Source of the DNA: Candidatus Woesearchaeota archaeon
GTDB lineage: Archaea > Nanobdellota > Nanobdellia > SCGC-AAA011-G17 > GW2011-AR18
Direction of reading: 5' to 3'
DNA: 64,000 bases
Assembly (NCBI GenBank): GCA_018302105.1
Contig: JAGWAD010000023.1
Span: 10,405 to 74,404 of the forward strand
Both the position numbers and the translations under genes were made by a program. The notes beneath the pieces are model-generated. The model was given only the letters and a program-made list of their open reading frames with translations. It was not told where the DNA came from and ran no database searches. Of this stretch, positions 1 through 9,443 are shown piece after piece (the first letter of the stretch is position 1; each line of letters begins with the position of its first letter).

Positions 1-682
1 TCCTTAAATATTCTTTATCCATTCTTTTGAACATCTTATCAGAAGTTTTTATATAAGCACCATCAATTCTTTCCATATCAAAATCCTTGCCAAATGCTTT
101 TTTTAAAGCACTTAATCCAAGTTTTGTTCCTTCTTCTAAATCCATTTTCTCATCATATTCTTTTTCAAGAATTTCTTTAATTTGTGCTTCTGCTTCTCCA
201 ACAGCAGTTGCTTTATATTGAAAATAAATACCTGTAACATCAGTAACAAAAAGTTGGGCACCTTCATCATCTACACCTGCAAATAAAAGACTTACACCAA
301 AAGGCCTTGCTCCGCCAAACTGTGTATAAGCCTGCTTTAAATTTGCAACATCTTTTACTAAAGATAATACATCAATTGGATTATCATAAGTTATTTTATA
401 TTGTTGAGCTATTAATTGCGATCTCTCAACTAAAACACGCCCATCCATTATATACCCAGTTGCACTTGCACCTATATGGTCATCAATTGGAAATATTTTT
501 TCTATGCTTTTAGAAACAATTAATTTTTCAATTATCCTTTTATCAGAAAGCAGAATAACACCATCTTTACATACAATACCTATTGAAGTTGTTCCTTGCC
601 TTACAGCTTTTTTTGCATATTCTACTTGTAATAATCTGCCATCTGGACTGAACATTGTACTACTTCTGTCATAACCCATCAT
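1..682 (-). CDS. psmA: Proteasome subunit alpha (partial; 3' end lies beyond the window start)
   Basis: Absent from the ORF track because it is truncated. Manual minus-strand translation from the ATG at 680-682 gives MMGYDRSSTMFSPDGRLLQVEYAKKAVRQGTTSIGIVCKDGVILLSDKR...GASATGYIMDGRVLVERS..., the canonical 20S proteasome alpha N-terminus (YDR..T.FSP.GRL.QVEYA motif). It reads open to position 1. Confidence 0.8.
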   Translation of the reverse strand, partial: MMGYDRSSTMFSPDGRLLQVEYAKKAVRQGTTSIGIVCKDGVILLSDKRIIEKLIVSKSIEKIFPIDDHIGASATGYIMDGRVLVERSQLIAQQYKITYDNPIDVLSLVKDVANLKQAYTQFGGARPFGVSLLFAGVDDEGAQLFVTDVTGIYFQYKATAVGEAEAQIKEILEKEYDEKMDLEEGTKLGLSALKKAFGKDFDMERIDGAYIKTSDKMFKRMDKEYLR

Positions 683-708
683 TTGATGATTTAGTGTTGG
701 TTGCATTT

Positions 709-1062
709 TTATAATCCACCCCCAGATATAAATTTAGATCTGGCTTTGTTTAATATCCCTGAAATTCCTAAACTCCTTACAGTAACATCCTGCTTATTAA
801 TCTTTCTAATAAAACAAAAACTTGCTTTAATATTATTTATGTTTTTTGTTCCAACTTTTAAAATTCCTTTTTGGTTTTTATATTCTATAAAATCTATTCC
901 TGAATGTGCTAATCCAATTTCTCCAAATAAAGATTTATATGATTGAATAATACTATCTTTTACATTAGAAAAACTTAGGTTTTCTCCATTAAAGATTTCA
1001 AAAACAATATATCTTTTTTTTTCTTTTAAACTTGGCAATAGTGGTTTTTGTTTAATTTCCAT
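709..1062 (-). CDS. rnp2: RNase P protein component 2 (Pop5)
   Basis: 117 aa. LLPSLKEKKRYIVFEI at the N-terminus and VRSLGISGILNKARSKF at the C-terminus mirror archaeal Pop5 (e.g. Pyrococcus LPPTLRDKKRYIAFKV ... FRTLGVSGTIKRLKRKF). Sits immediately upstream of psmA as in the conserved archaeal operon. Confidence 0.8.
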   Translation of the reverse strand: MEIKQKPLLPSLKEKKRYIVFEIFNGENLSFSNVKDSIIQSYKSLFGEIGLAHSGIDFIEYKNQKGILKVGTKNINNIKASFCFIRKINKQDVTVRSLGISGILNKARSKFISGGGL

Positions 1063-1356
1063 TTAATCTTCTTTCCTTTTCTCTCAGATTTTTAGAAAAT
1101 TAAATAATTTATAAATCTTTTTATACGAAGATTCTCTTCAAACAACGGCTGATGATGTAGAAAATATTTTTTTAACAAAAATATATCGAAGAGCCAGACC
1201 ATGAAAATAACATCGTAAAAATCTATGATCATTATTTATTTCCAATACTAAATCTGAATTTGCTTTTTCTAATTGTTTATCAAATATTGAAACCATATAA
1301 AAGCAGATATTAATTTCTATATAAATCTTTTGTTTGTTACTACTCTAAAATAAAAA

Positions 1357-1710
1357 TTAATTAAGTTCTAAATAAACTCTCTGCCCTCTGTTTTCACCAG
1401 CATACACATAAAAGTCATTAGAAACAGAATTTTCTCCTTTCCATAATGTAAATTTATGATATCCTCTTCCTAAATTACTGACTTTAACACTCATTGAATA
1501 ACCTGTTTTTCCAGCAAAAGTATCATCAACATAAACATCTCCTCCAACAGTGTCTGTTAAAACAATAACAGAACCAGTGTCATAACCTGTAACAACATAA
1601 GAAAATTTTCCAGTACCTGTTTGTAAACCAAAATTTGTTGCAAATAAAACAGTAGAAAGAACAACCAATAAACCAAGACCAACATAAGCTAATTTTGTAC
1701 TATCATTCAT
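1357..1710 (-). CDS. Small secreted or membrane-anchored hypothetical protein (N-terminal hydrophobic segment, Gly/Thr/Val-rich beta-type body)
   Basis: 117-aa ORF co-oriented with rpp30-like and pop5. N-terminus MNDSTKLAYVGLGLLVVLSTVLFA is a signal or anchor segment. No recognisable family. Confidence 0.4.
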   Translation of the reverse strand: MNDSTKLAYVGLGLLVVLSTVLFATNFGLQTGTGKFSYVVTGYDTGSVIVLTDTVGGDVYVDDTFAGKTGYSMSVKVSNLGRGYHKFTLWKGENSVSNDFYVYAGENRGQRVYLELN

Positions 1711-1750
1711 TTATATTATCACCACCATTTATAGAATATTTCTGAATAAA

Positions 1751-2248
1751 CTAATTTATAAAACTATTGAATTCTAAAGCATTTTTTGATTCTCCAGGAG
1801 TCATTCCTAAAACTTGCAAAAGCGACTCAATATCCGATTTAGATTTTAATCCATAAACATTTTCAGCAAAACTAAAAAATAAAACTTTTACTTTGTATTT
1901 TCTGCATAAAAGAATATTCTGCATTAATCTTCCAATCTCAATATAATTATTTAAGCTGTTTAAAGTAAACGCCATTGCTACATTGTTTTTGTGCATTACA
2001 TTACATAAAATGTGGTCTAAACCAGATCTTCTGTAATGCAAAGAATCTTTAACAGAAAGCAGATGCGGATTCAATAATATCTTTATTTGTTTTCTCTCAA
2101 TTACCTTCCTTTTTTCACTATAATTTTCAGTTTGCAGAATTTTTAGTGATTTAATATCTTCTTTAAAAAACACTTTAGTAAAACCAAGTTTTCTAGCAAA
2201 ATCTTCAATTTCTTTATCCTTATTCATTAAAACAATATCACATGCCAT
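1751..2248 (-). CDS. Putative RNase P protein component 3 (Rpp30-like), shorter than usual
   Basis: 165-aa ORF in the conserved rpp30-pop5-psmA position and orientation. The alternating hydrophobic pattern (LGFTKVFF, VAMAF, KVLFFSFAENVYG) is compatible with a TIM-barrel, but no motif-level match can be asserted by eye. Confidence 0.45.
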   Translation of the reverse strand: MACDIVLMNKDKEIEDFARKLGFTKVFFKEDIKSLKILQTENYSEKRKVIERKQIKILLNPHLLSVKDSLHYRRSGLDHILCNVMHKNNVAMAFTLNSLNNYIEIGRLMQNILLCRKYKVKVLFFSFAENVYGLKSKSDIESLLQVLGMTPGESKNALEFNSFIN

Positions 2249-2299
2249 ATAGAATTATAAATCACAATATTTTAATACTTTTCTTATTCCAAAAATTAA

Positions 2300-3004
2300 A
2301 TGGAACCAAGCTTAAATACAATCCCAAAACATGTTGGCATAATTTTAGATGGAAATAGGAGATTTGCAAAGAGACTTATGTTAAAACCAATTAAAGGCCA
2401 TGAGTGGGGTTATGAAAAAGTAAAAAAAACATTTGAATGGTGTAAGGAATTCAATATTAAAGAATTAACATTATACGCATTCTCTATAGAAAACTTCGAC
2501 AGACCAAAAGAAGAATTTGATTATTTAATGAATTTATTTAAAAAAGCATTTACAGAATTGCAAAAAGACGAAAGAGTGAAAGATATTAAAATTAATTTTA
2601 TTGGAAGAATAGAAATGTTTCCAGAAAATGTTAAAAAACCAATGTATGAACTTATGGAAAAAACCAAGAATAACAAACCTTATACAATAAATTTTGCAAT
2701 GGCTTATGGTGGAAGAGCTGAAATTATAGATGCAACAAAAAAAATAGCAGAAAAAGTTAAAGAAGGAAAACTAGATATTAAAGAGATAAATGAAGAAGTT
2801 TTCAAGCACAACTTATATTTAGATTCAGATCCAGATTTAATAATACGAACTTCAGAATCACGATTATCCGGTTTCTTAACATATCAATCAGTTTATGCTG
2901 AAATAATATTTTTACCAGATAAACTATGGCCTGAATTTGATAAAGAAGATTTTATTGCATGTTTAAAAGAATATTCTAACAGACAAAGAAGATTTGGAAA
3001 ATAG
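2300..3004 (+). CDS. uppS: cis-prenyltransferase (undecaprenyl/dolichyl-diphosphate synthase, UppS family)
   Basis: GIILDGNRRFAKR, TLYAFSIENFDRPKEE, AMAYGGRAEII, DLIIRTSESRLSGFLTYQSVYAEIIF and WPEF are the UppS signature blocks. Confidence 0.9.
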   Translation: MEPSLNTIPKHVGIILDGNRRFAKRLMLKPIKGHEWGYEKVKKTFEWCKEFNIKELTLYAFSIENFDRPKEEFDYLMNLFKKAFTELQKDERVKDIKINFIGRIEMFPENVKKPMYELMEKTKNNKPYTINFAMAYGGRAEIIDATKKIAEKVKEGKLDIKEINEEVFKHNLYLDSDPDLIIRTSESRLSGFLTYQSVYAEIIFLPDKLWPEFDKEDFIACLKEYSNRQRRFGK

Positions 3005-3051
3005 ATCCTAATTCATATAAATATTTTTAAAAGATAAAATCGGAAAGAAAA

Positions 3052-3408
3052 TTATTTTTTATATTGTTCTATTATTTCATCCAAAGAATCATCATTGTTT
3101 AATTTTTTAGCTTCGACTTTTTTTACAAATCCATGATTTTGGTTGTCTAAATTATTCAGCCCACAATACCAACCACAAAAATCTCTCTGTTTAAGAGCAT
3201 ATTTCAAAACATCAATAAATCTTCCATTAACAAACCTATTTTTAATTTCATATCTAGCACCTGAGCTTAAACCAGAAGCTGATCCACTGCCATCAATACC
3301 GCCAACTATTTCATAAATCGCAACTTCATCAAGAGGATAAGCAACAACATTACTATCGTGCTTAGCCCTGCCAAGGTATTGTTCAACTTGTTTTTCAAAT
3401 TTTACCAT
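3052..3408 (-). CDS. Hypothetical protein
   Basis: 118-aa ORF. A Gly/Ser-rich loop (GGIDGSGSASGLSSGA) and a CGWYCG segment. No family recognised. Confidence 0.4.
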   Translation of the reverse strand: MVKFEKQVEQYLGRAKHDSNVVAYPLDEVAIYEIVGGIDGSGSASGLSSGARYEIKNRFVNGRFIDVLKYALKQRDFCGWYCGLNNLDNQNHGFVKKVEAKKLNNDDSLDEIIEQYKK

Positions 3409-3458
3409 AAAAAGAATTCATTTAAAAAGTTTATAAACATTTATATAAAAAATAAGAA

Positions 3459-3947
3459 TCATTTTAATCTATTAATTTCATCAATTATATTCTTAACACA
3501 TTTTACAGAACTATCCTTAGTAGTATTAACAACAATAATTTTATGTTCCATCTCTAAAGCCTCAATTAAACAAACATCAAAAATCTCTGCATCTAAATTC
3601 TCTCTTATTTTTTCCTTACTATATTTTCTTTTCTCAAGTCTTTTTTTAAGTTCCTTAAGATCACATTTACATATAATACAATAATCAATAAATTTCTTAT
3701 TAAGATAATGACTTAAATGCGAATCTAAAATTAAATTATCTTTACCTTTAATATAAAGAACTAAAAATTTGTTTAATTTTTTTACGTCAACTTCATATGT
3801 TTCTAATTTTTTGTTATATCCAGAATAAATTTTGTTTTTCTTAATTAACATATTGATATCAACACATTTAAATTTAAGTTTTTGAGCTAAGCTTTTAGCT
3901 ATAGTAGTCTTACCAGTTCCAACAGATCCACTAATACAGATTATCAT
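3459..3947 (-). CDS. Putative adenylate/nucleoside kinase of the archaeal Fap7/AK6-like family
   Basis: P-loop at the N-terminus (MIICISGSVGTGKTTIAKSL) and a DSHLSHYL block resembling archaeal Fap7-like kinases (DGHLSH). 162 aa. Confidence 0.65.
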   Translation of the reverse strand: MIICISGSVGTGKTTIAKSLAQKLKFKCVDINMLIKKNKIYSGYNKKLETYEVDVKKLNKFLVLYIKGKDNLILDSHLSHYLNKKFIDYCIICKCDLKELKKRLEKRKYSKEKIRENLDAEIFDVCLIEALEMEHKIIVVNTTKDSSVKCVKNIIDEINRLK

Positions 3948-4630
3948 ATTATTAAAGTACCAATAAAACCCTTATTCAAAATAAAATTATTCAGATTATT
4001 AAGATTTTTGCCATTAATAATGACAGTTTTTATTTTTTTATTATCTATTATTTCAGCAGCAGCCTGATCAAGAACAAAATGCTGTCCAGCTTCGTATTTA
4101 ATCTTATTCACAGTCAATAAAAAATTCTTAAAAGTGATATTTGAAATTAATTTTGCATTTTTATATTTATTAGGATCTTTATCATATAATCCATTTACAT
4201 TTGTCAGATTAATAAAATATTTAGCTTTCGTATAAGAAGCAATTTGTGCTGCATTGCTATCGCTAGTCATATCAGGTTGAAATCCCAATGCACCAGAAAC
4301 AACAACTTTATGATTAAATAATTCTTCTTTAACTTCTTTTAAAGAATCTGGAATTCTGCAGCTTAAATCCAAAAATCCAGCAACTAACCTTGCATTTAAT
4401 TTAGTTGATTCAATTCCAACCAAACTTTGATAATAAGGTTTTAGTTTCTCATTTTTAACTGCTTTAATATAATTTCTTGCAGTTTTTCCTCCACCAGTAA
4501 CTATAATAATATCATAGAATTTTCTTAATTTATTAATAAAAGATTTAAATTTATGTAAATACTTATAATCAACTTTATCAGGTACGATTAAACTTCCACC
4601 CAAAGAAAAAACTAAAATCTCTTTTTTCAT
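3944..4630 (-). CDS. pyrH: Uridylate (UMP) kinase, archaeal type
   Basis: ILVFSLGGSLIV and IIVTGGGKTAR amino-acid-kinase motifs. The ~228 aa length is typical of archaeal PyrH. Overlaps the kinase gene by 4 nt. Confidence 0.8.
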   Translation of the reverse strand: MKKEILVFSLGGSLIVPDKVDYKYLHKFKSFINKLRKFYDIIIVTGGGKTARNYIKAVKNEKLKPYYQSLVGIESTKLNARLVAGFLDLSCRIPDSLKEVKEELFNHKVVVSGALGFQPDMTSDSNAAQIASYTKAKYFINLTNVNGLYDKDPNKYKNAKLISNITFKNFLLTVNKIKYEAGQHFVLDQAAAEIIDNKKIKTVIINGKNLNNLNNFILNKGFIGTLII

Positions 4631-4691
4631 AAACTCTATAAATTTATTAAGATAATAAAACTTTCTATTATATCTAATAGCACAATCTTAT

Positions 4692-4988
4692 TTATTTCTT
4701 ACCATCGACAGTAAATAACTCATTATCATGATCAACATCAAACAACCCAATTCTTGCTCCAGCATCAAGCCAACCATGTGCATAATTTAAAGCAGCAAAA
4801 GCATTTACATAGTCTTTTTTATCCCTAAAATATTTTGCATCATCAAAATATCTTTTAGCCATATCAAAAAAATCTTTAGCAGATTCTTCAAAATTAATTT
4901 TTCCTTTTTTATTTAATTTAACTTTCTTCAATGCTCTAGATGTAATATCAAGATATTTATCTAATTTTGAATCAGTTATTATATCCAT
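4692..4988 (-). CDS. Small conserved archaeal protein (DUF357-like), function unknown
   Basis: 98-aa ORF with a YAHGWLDAGARIGLFDV block. The DUF357 assignment is from memory of the family pattern, not a search. Confidence 0.35.
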   Translation of the reverse strand: MDIITDSKLDKYLDITSRALKKVKLNKKGKINFEESAKDFFDMAKRYFDDAKYFRDKKDYVNAFAALNYAHGWLDAGARIGLFDVDHDNELFTVDGKK

Positions 4989-5018
4989 AAAATAATAGAA
5001 ATAAAAAATACTATAAAT

Positions 5019-5606
5019 CTATTGGTTTAATATAATCCATTCACCTTTAGCAGATTCATTTTTATAATGAATGTATAAAGTTCGGTTATATAATACAACA
5101 TTATTTTTTACTAGAACAATATTATGAAATCCAGTTGTAACAGTTCTTTTAGTCCTAGCTAATCTATCAATTAAATAACCAAATTGATCATCATTATCAA
5201 TTGGCGCAGTCTTGCCTTGAAAAGAATTATCATAATAAACTTCTATTCCTCCAATCGTTCCAGTTCTAATATTTATCTGAGAACCTGGTCCTTCTTTAGG
5301 ATTAAAACCACCACCATACAAAGGAGAAGAAGGATCATCTACAGCACTTGAAGCATGAGCAACAACCTTAAGTTGTGGAGTTTGATTTTGAATTGATTTA
5401 TTCTCAATTTTTATAACACTTAAAGATTTATTTTCAATAGTATTGTTAATATCAACTTCAACAAATTGTTTTGTATTAGAATTTTCTTCAGAAGTGTTCT
5501 CAACTAAAGATTGGTTATCAACATTAAAAACATCCCCTTTATTCTGACAATTCGCTAAAATAAAGGCTAAAATTAATATTAAGAATAAATTAATTATTTT
5601 CATCAA
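5019..5606 (-). CDS. Secreted lipoprotein-like protein
   Basis: Signal peptide ending in a lipobox-like ILANC. Asn/Ser/Thr-rich mature region with N-x-S/T sequons. Overlaps the downstream surface-protein gene by 4 nt. Confidence 0.45.
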   Translation of the reverse strand: MMKIINLFLILILAFILANCQNKGDVFNVDNQSLVENTSEENSNTKQFVEVDINNTIENKSLSVIKIENKSIQNQTPQLKVVAHASSAVDDPSSPLYGGGFNPKEGPGSQINIRTGTIGGIEVYYDNSFQGKTAPIDNDDQFGYLIDRLARTKRTVTTGFHNIVLVKNNVVLYNRTLYIHYKNESAKGEWIILNQ

Positions 5607-7546
5607 AACATATTAAACATGCCACCCTTAGGCTTGTTATCCTCATTCATGCTATCTTTCTGTTGATTGACAAATTGATTCCAGGATTTTTTCTGGTTTT
5701 CTTCCTGTAAATTTTTAACCATTCTTCTTTTAAAATCATCTATGTCTTCCTGTGTTGCCTTACCATATTCTACTGGTTGCCTATGCACCGGTTGTTCTCT
5801 ATGCACATATGGTGATTCTTTCCTGGGCTCTTCTAAAATATCCATTTTATTTGTTTTCATTTTACTTAAGTTTTCATAAGAAGGTTTTCTTCCATTATCC
5901 ATTTTTCTTCTGAAAACTAAAAACAAAGTACATCCAACCAATATTAATAATAAAAATCCTAAACCAAATTTCCTGCTTGGACCTTCAACATTTTTAGCTA
6001 CATTACCAGTCAGGCTATCAAATCCTGAACTTAAACCAGAAAACATACTTTTTGGTTTGTTAATTGCAACATTTTTAAACTCTTTTCCAGATGTAGGAAT
6101 TTTTAAATCAAATATTCCATTTGGCAATAAATCCTTAAGATCTATTTCTTTATTTTCACCAGATCCTAAAACAATATTTTTATTTTTCTCTAAGCTTCCA
6201 GCTATAACAGTTAATGGTCCTTTATATTTGATATTTCCAATATTTTTAATAGTTAATTTATCACCATTTAATTCAGTTTCTAATTTCGTATATTCTTTAA
6301 TTGTTATTGCAGCTTCATCATTTAAACCATATTTTTCTGCTTTTACTTTCCATGTATTGGGCTTTGACATTTCAGGAATTTTTAGTTTTCCATTATCTGT
6401 AAATATTCCAGAACTAACAATTTTATTATCCTTATTTAATAAAGCCACATTGATTGTATCTTCAATATTATCGCCTGCTTGGTCAATTAAATTTAAAGAA
6501 AAGAAAACCTCTTCTCCAGGAATAAAAGAACTTGATTTGACATCTAAATTTAATTTAGTGGGAATTTGAGTTACAGTAAAGTTTAAAGTTTCTTTTCCAT
6601 AATTTCCGCCATCAGCTTTTGTATTGACAATGATTGCATGTTTCCCAGATTTTATATTTTTAGCCAAAGGATAGTTTATACTATAAAAATTAGAATCTTG
6701 TAACACTAAATTTTCATAAGTTTTGCCGTCAATTAAAACATCAACTTCAACATTATTTAAAATAGCATTATTTAAGCCATATACAGAACCGCTTAGTATA
6801 ACATTATTTCCAGGATCATAAATAGATTTATCAAAATTAGAAGTCATTTTTAGGTTGCCGCTTATAGAAATTAAATAAAGGTCTTCTAAAAATTTTTTAT
6901 TGCCAAAATTATCAAATAATTCTACATCAACATTATATTCTCCCGGAGGAATAAATCCAAGGTCTCTTTTGTATTCCAATTCTCCATTGTTAAAAGTGAC
7001 ACTGTCTAAAAATATGGTCTGGTTCTCAATATTAAAATAAATAGCAGCAGATCCTGATGCCAAAGAATTATCTTTCTTATTTACATTACCCATAAGTTCT
7101 AATGTTTCTCCAAGCTGGAATTTATTTTTATTAATTGCAAAATCTGCATTTAATTCATCAGTTATTGTAATTCCAACCATCTTAGTTACCTCAATAGTTT
7201 CGCCAGTAGATTCATCTGTTAATTTTATTTCAATTTCACATTCTCCATTAACATTCCTTGGAACAAGAACTAATTGTGAAAATTTTTGTTTATCAGCTTT
7301 ATCAGTATCAACTAAAATTGTAGCAATTCTTGCACTATTATTTCCGCATTGTAAATTAAAATTTAAATATCCCCTGGTATCTACATCTCTAATAAATTCT
7401 CCATTCAAAAATAATTTATCACCAGAATTATAAACTTGCTTGTCAAAAGAATCTAATATTACTAAAGCATTAACAGGCAAAATAATTAATAGAAAAGTTA
7501 AAGATAATAGGATTGTCACCGTTTTCATATATAAGATACTAATCAA
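5603..7546 (-). CDS. Large cell-surface protein (signal peptide, beta-rich ectodomain, C-terminal TM anchor, charged cytoplasmic tail); candidate S-layer or N-glycoprotein
   Basis: 647 aa. N-terminal signal/TM, repetitive beta-type ectodomain with N-x-S/T sequons (NNS, NQT, NFT), C-terminal FGLGFLLLILVGCTLFLVF TM, then RRK... tail. Confidence 0.6.
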   Translation of the reverse strand: MISILYMKTVTILLSLTFLLIILPVNALVILDSFDKQVYNSGDKLFLNGEFIRDVDTRGYLNFNLQCGNNSARIATILVDTDKADKQKFSQLVLVPRNVNGECEIEIKLTDESTGETIEVTKMVGITITDELNADFAINKNKFQLGETLELMGNVNKKDNSLASGSAAIYFNIENQTIFLDSVTFNNGELEYKRDLGFIPPGEYNVDVELFDNFGNKKFLEDLYLISISGNLKMTSNFDKSIYDPGNNVILSGSVYGLNNAILNNVEVDVLIDGKTYENLVLQDSNFYSINYPLAKNIKSGKHAIIVNTKADGGNYGKETLNFTVTQIPTKLNLDVKSSSFIPGEEVFFSLNLIDQAGDNIEDTINVALLNKDNKIVSSGIFTDNGKLKIPEMSKPNTWKVKAEKYGLNDEAAITIKEYTKLETELNGDKLTIKNIGNIKYKGPLTVIAGSLEKNKNIVLGSGENKEIDLKDLLPNGIFDLKIPTSGKEFKNVAINKPKSMFSGLSSGFDSLTGNVAKNVEGPSRKFGLGFLLLILVGCTLFLVFRRKMDNGRKPSYENLSKMKTNKMDILEEPRKESPYVHREQPVHRQPVEYGKATQEDIDDFKRRMVKNLQEENQKKSWNQFVNQQKDSMNEDNKPKGGMFNMF

Positions 7547-7728
7547 ATTTCTTTATAAATGTTATGGAAATAAAAAATTTATCTAACAGAGAATTTTTGC
7601 TGCTGAATATGGATTACTATTTAAAAAATGATTTATTAATTTAGAATTAATGTATAAACTTTATTATTAGTTAAAATATTAAAATTGATAAAGGAAACTT
7701 ATTTATAGGAAATAATAATCAAAATTGT

Positions 7729-9441
7729 ATGTTAAACTTAGAAAATTTAAGGCATTCATGTGCTCATTTATTAGCAGCAGCAGTTATGGAAATTTGGCCA
7801 GATGCTAAAAGAACAATTGGTCCCGCTATAGAAGAGGGTTTCTATTATGATTTTGATTTCAAAGAGCCGATTTCAGAATTAGATCTGCCAAAAATAGAAA
7901 AGAAGATGAGCCAGATTTTACAATCATGGAAAAAATTTGAAAAAACTGAAGTAACTTCAGAAGAAGCAAAAAAGGAATTCAAAGACAACCAATACAAATT
8001 AGAATTAATAGAAGAATTTTCAAAAGAAGGAAAGAAATTAACATTGTATAGGTCAGGAAATTATGTAGATTTATGCAAAGGAGGACATATAGATTCACCA
8101 TCAAAAGAATTGCAATATTTCAAATTATTAAAAATAGCAGGTGCATATTGGAGAGGAAATGAAAAAAATAAAATGCTTACTAGGATTTATGGAACAGCGT
8201 TTCCAACAAAAAAAGAATTGGAAGATTATCTTAAAATGTTGGAAGAAGCAAAAAAAAGAGATCATCGAGTATTAGGAGAAAAATTAGACTTATTCTTTTT
8301 CCACGAATATTCTCCGGGAGCACCAATATTTCTTCCAAAAGGCACAATAATATTCAATGCATTATTAAAATTACTTCGTGAAGAATATAAAAAGAGAAAT
8401 TATCAGGAAGTTATAACTCCATTATTATATGAAAAAACTTTATGGGAAACATCAGGTCATTGGCAGCATTACAAAGATAATATGTTTAATATGGAAAGTG
8501 AAAAAAAGATGTTTAGTTTAAAGCCAATGAATTGTCCGTCTCATTGTTTAATTTACAAACACAAACTATGGAGTTATAGAGATCTTCCATTAAGAATTGC
8601 AGATTTTGCCCCATTACACAGGAATGAATTATCAGGAACACTCAGCGGTATGACTCGTGTTCGTAAATTTTCACAAGATGATGCTCATATATTTGTGACA
8701 GAAGAGCAATTAAAAGAAGAAATTGAAAATGTATTAGGTTTTGAAAAATATATTTACAATAATATTTTTAGATTAGATTATAGCATGACATTAGGTACAA
8801 GACCAGAAAAATTTATGGGTGATAAGAAATTATGGGATAAAGCAGAAAAATTATTGCAGGAGATTTTAAAGCAAAAAGAAATTCCATTTAAAATTGCGGA
8901 AAAAGATGGAACTTTTTATGGTCCTAAAATAGATTTAAGAGTTAAAGATGCATTAGGAAGAGAACACCAATTAGCAACAATACAATTAGATTTTCAATTG
9001 CCATTAAGATTTGAATTAACCTATGAAGGAAGCGATGGAAAAAAACATACTCCAATTATGATCCATAGAGCTATGTTAGGTTCATTAGAAAGATTTATGG
9101 GTGTATTAATAGAACATTATGCAGGAAAATTCCCTCTGTGGTTGTCACCAGTTCAAGTTGCAATAATTACAGTAGCAGACAGGCATATTGAATATGCAAA
9201 AAAGCTATATAATGAATTAAAAGAACAGGATATTCGTGTAGACTTAGATGATAGAGCAGAAAGTATTGGAAAAAAAGTAAGGGATAACCAGCAAATGAAA
9301 ATTAACTATATTATAACAATAGGAGATAAAGAAATAAATTCAAATGAATTGGCAATAAGGACAAGGGATAATGAAGTTATAAACTTAAATAAAGAAAAAT
9401 TTATTAAAAAATTATTAGAAGAAATGAAAAATAAGATTTAA
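7729..9441 (+). CDS. thrS: Threonyl-tRNA synthetase (bacterial-type N2 editing domain, no N1/TGS domain)
   Basis: HSCAHLLA (HxxxH editing motif) at the N-terminus. Class II core FRNELSGTLSGMTRVRKFSQDDAHIF, GPKIDL, QLATIQLDF. An in-frame stop at 7672-7674 rules out an N-terminal extension. Confidence 0.9.
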   Translation: MLNLENLRHSCAHLLAAAVMEIWPDAKRTIGPAIEEGFYYDFDFKEPISELDLPKIEKKMSQILQSWKKFEKTEVTSEEAKKEFKDNQYKLELIEEFSKEGKKLTLYRSGNYVDLCKGGHIDSPSKELQYFKLLKIAGAYWRGNEKNKMLTRIYGTAFPTKKELEDYLKMLEEAKKRDHRVLGEKLDLFFFHEYSPGAPIFLPKGTIIFNALLKLLREEYKKRNYQEVITPLLYEKTLWETSGHWQHYKDNMFNMESEKKMFSLKPMNCPSHCLIYKHKLWSYRDLPLRIADFAPLHRNELSGTLSGMTRVRKFSQDDAHIFVTEEQLKEEIENVLGFEKYIYNNIFRLDYSMTLGTRPEKFMGDKKLWDKAEKLLQEILKQKEIPFKIAEKDGTFYGPKIDLRVKDALGREHQLATIQLDFQLPLRFELTYEGSDGKKHTPIMIHRAMLGSLERFMGVLIEHYAGKFPLWLSPVQVAIITVADRHIEYAKKLYNELKEQDIRVDLDDRAESIGKKVRDNQQMKINYIITIGDKEINSNELAIRTRDNEVINLNKEKFIKKLLEEMKNKI

Positions 9442-9443
9442 CA

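Noticed and set aside
307..946. ORF-track entries 307..513 (+) and 701..946 (+)
   Set aside because: They lie inside or opposite the strongly supported proteasome-alpha and Pop5 genes and are low-complexity AT-rich reading frames. Treated as artefacts.
1063..1356. Short minus-strand reading frames in the pop5 upstream spacer
   Set aside because: Frames of about 50 codons with no motifs. They are more likely a promoter/UTR region for pop5-psmA.
3358..3684. ORF 3358..3684 (+)
   Set aside because: It overlaps the P-loop kinase gene and the 3052..3408 gene on the other strand. Ile/Leu/Phe/Lys-rich composition is typical of antisense frames in AT-rich DNA.
6057..6569. ORF 6057..6569 (+), antisense to the large surface-protein gene
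   Set aside because: It is fully nested in a 647-aa gene with coherent signal, repeat and TM architecture. No independent support.
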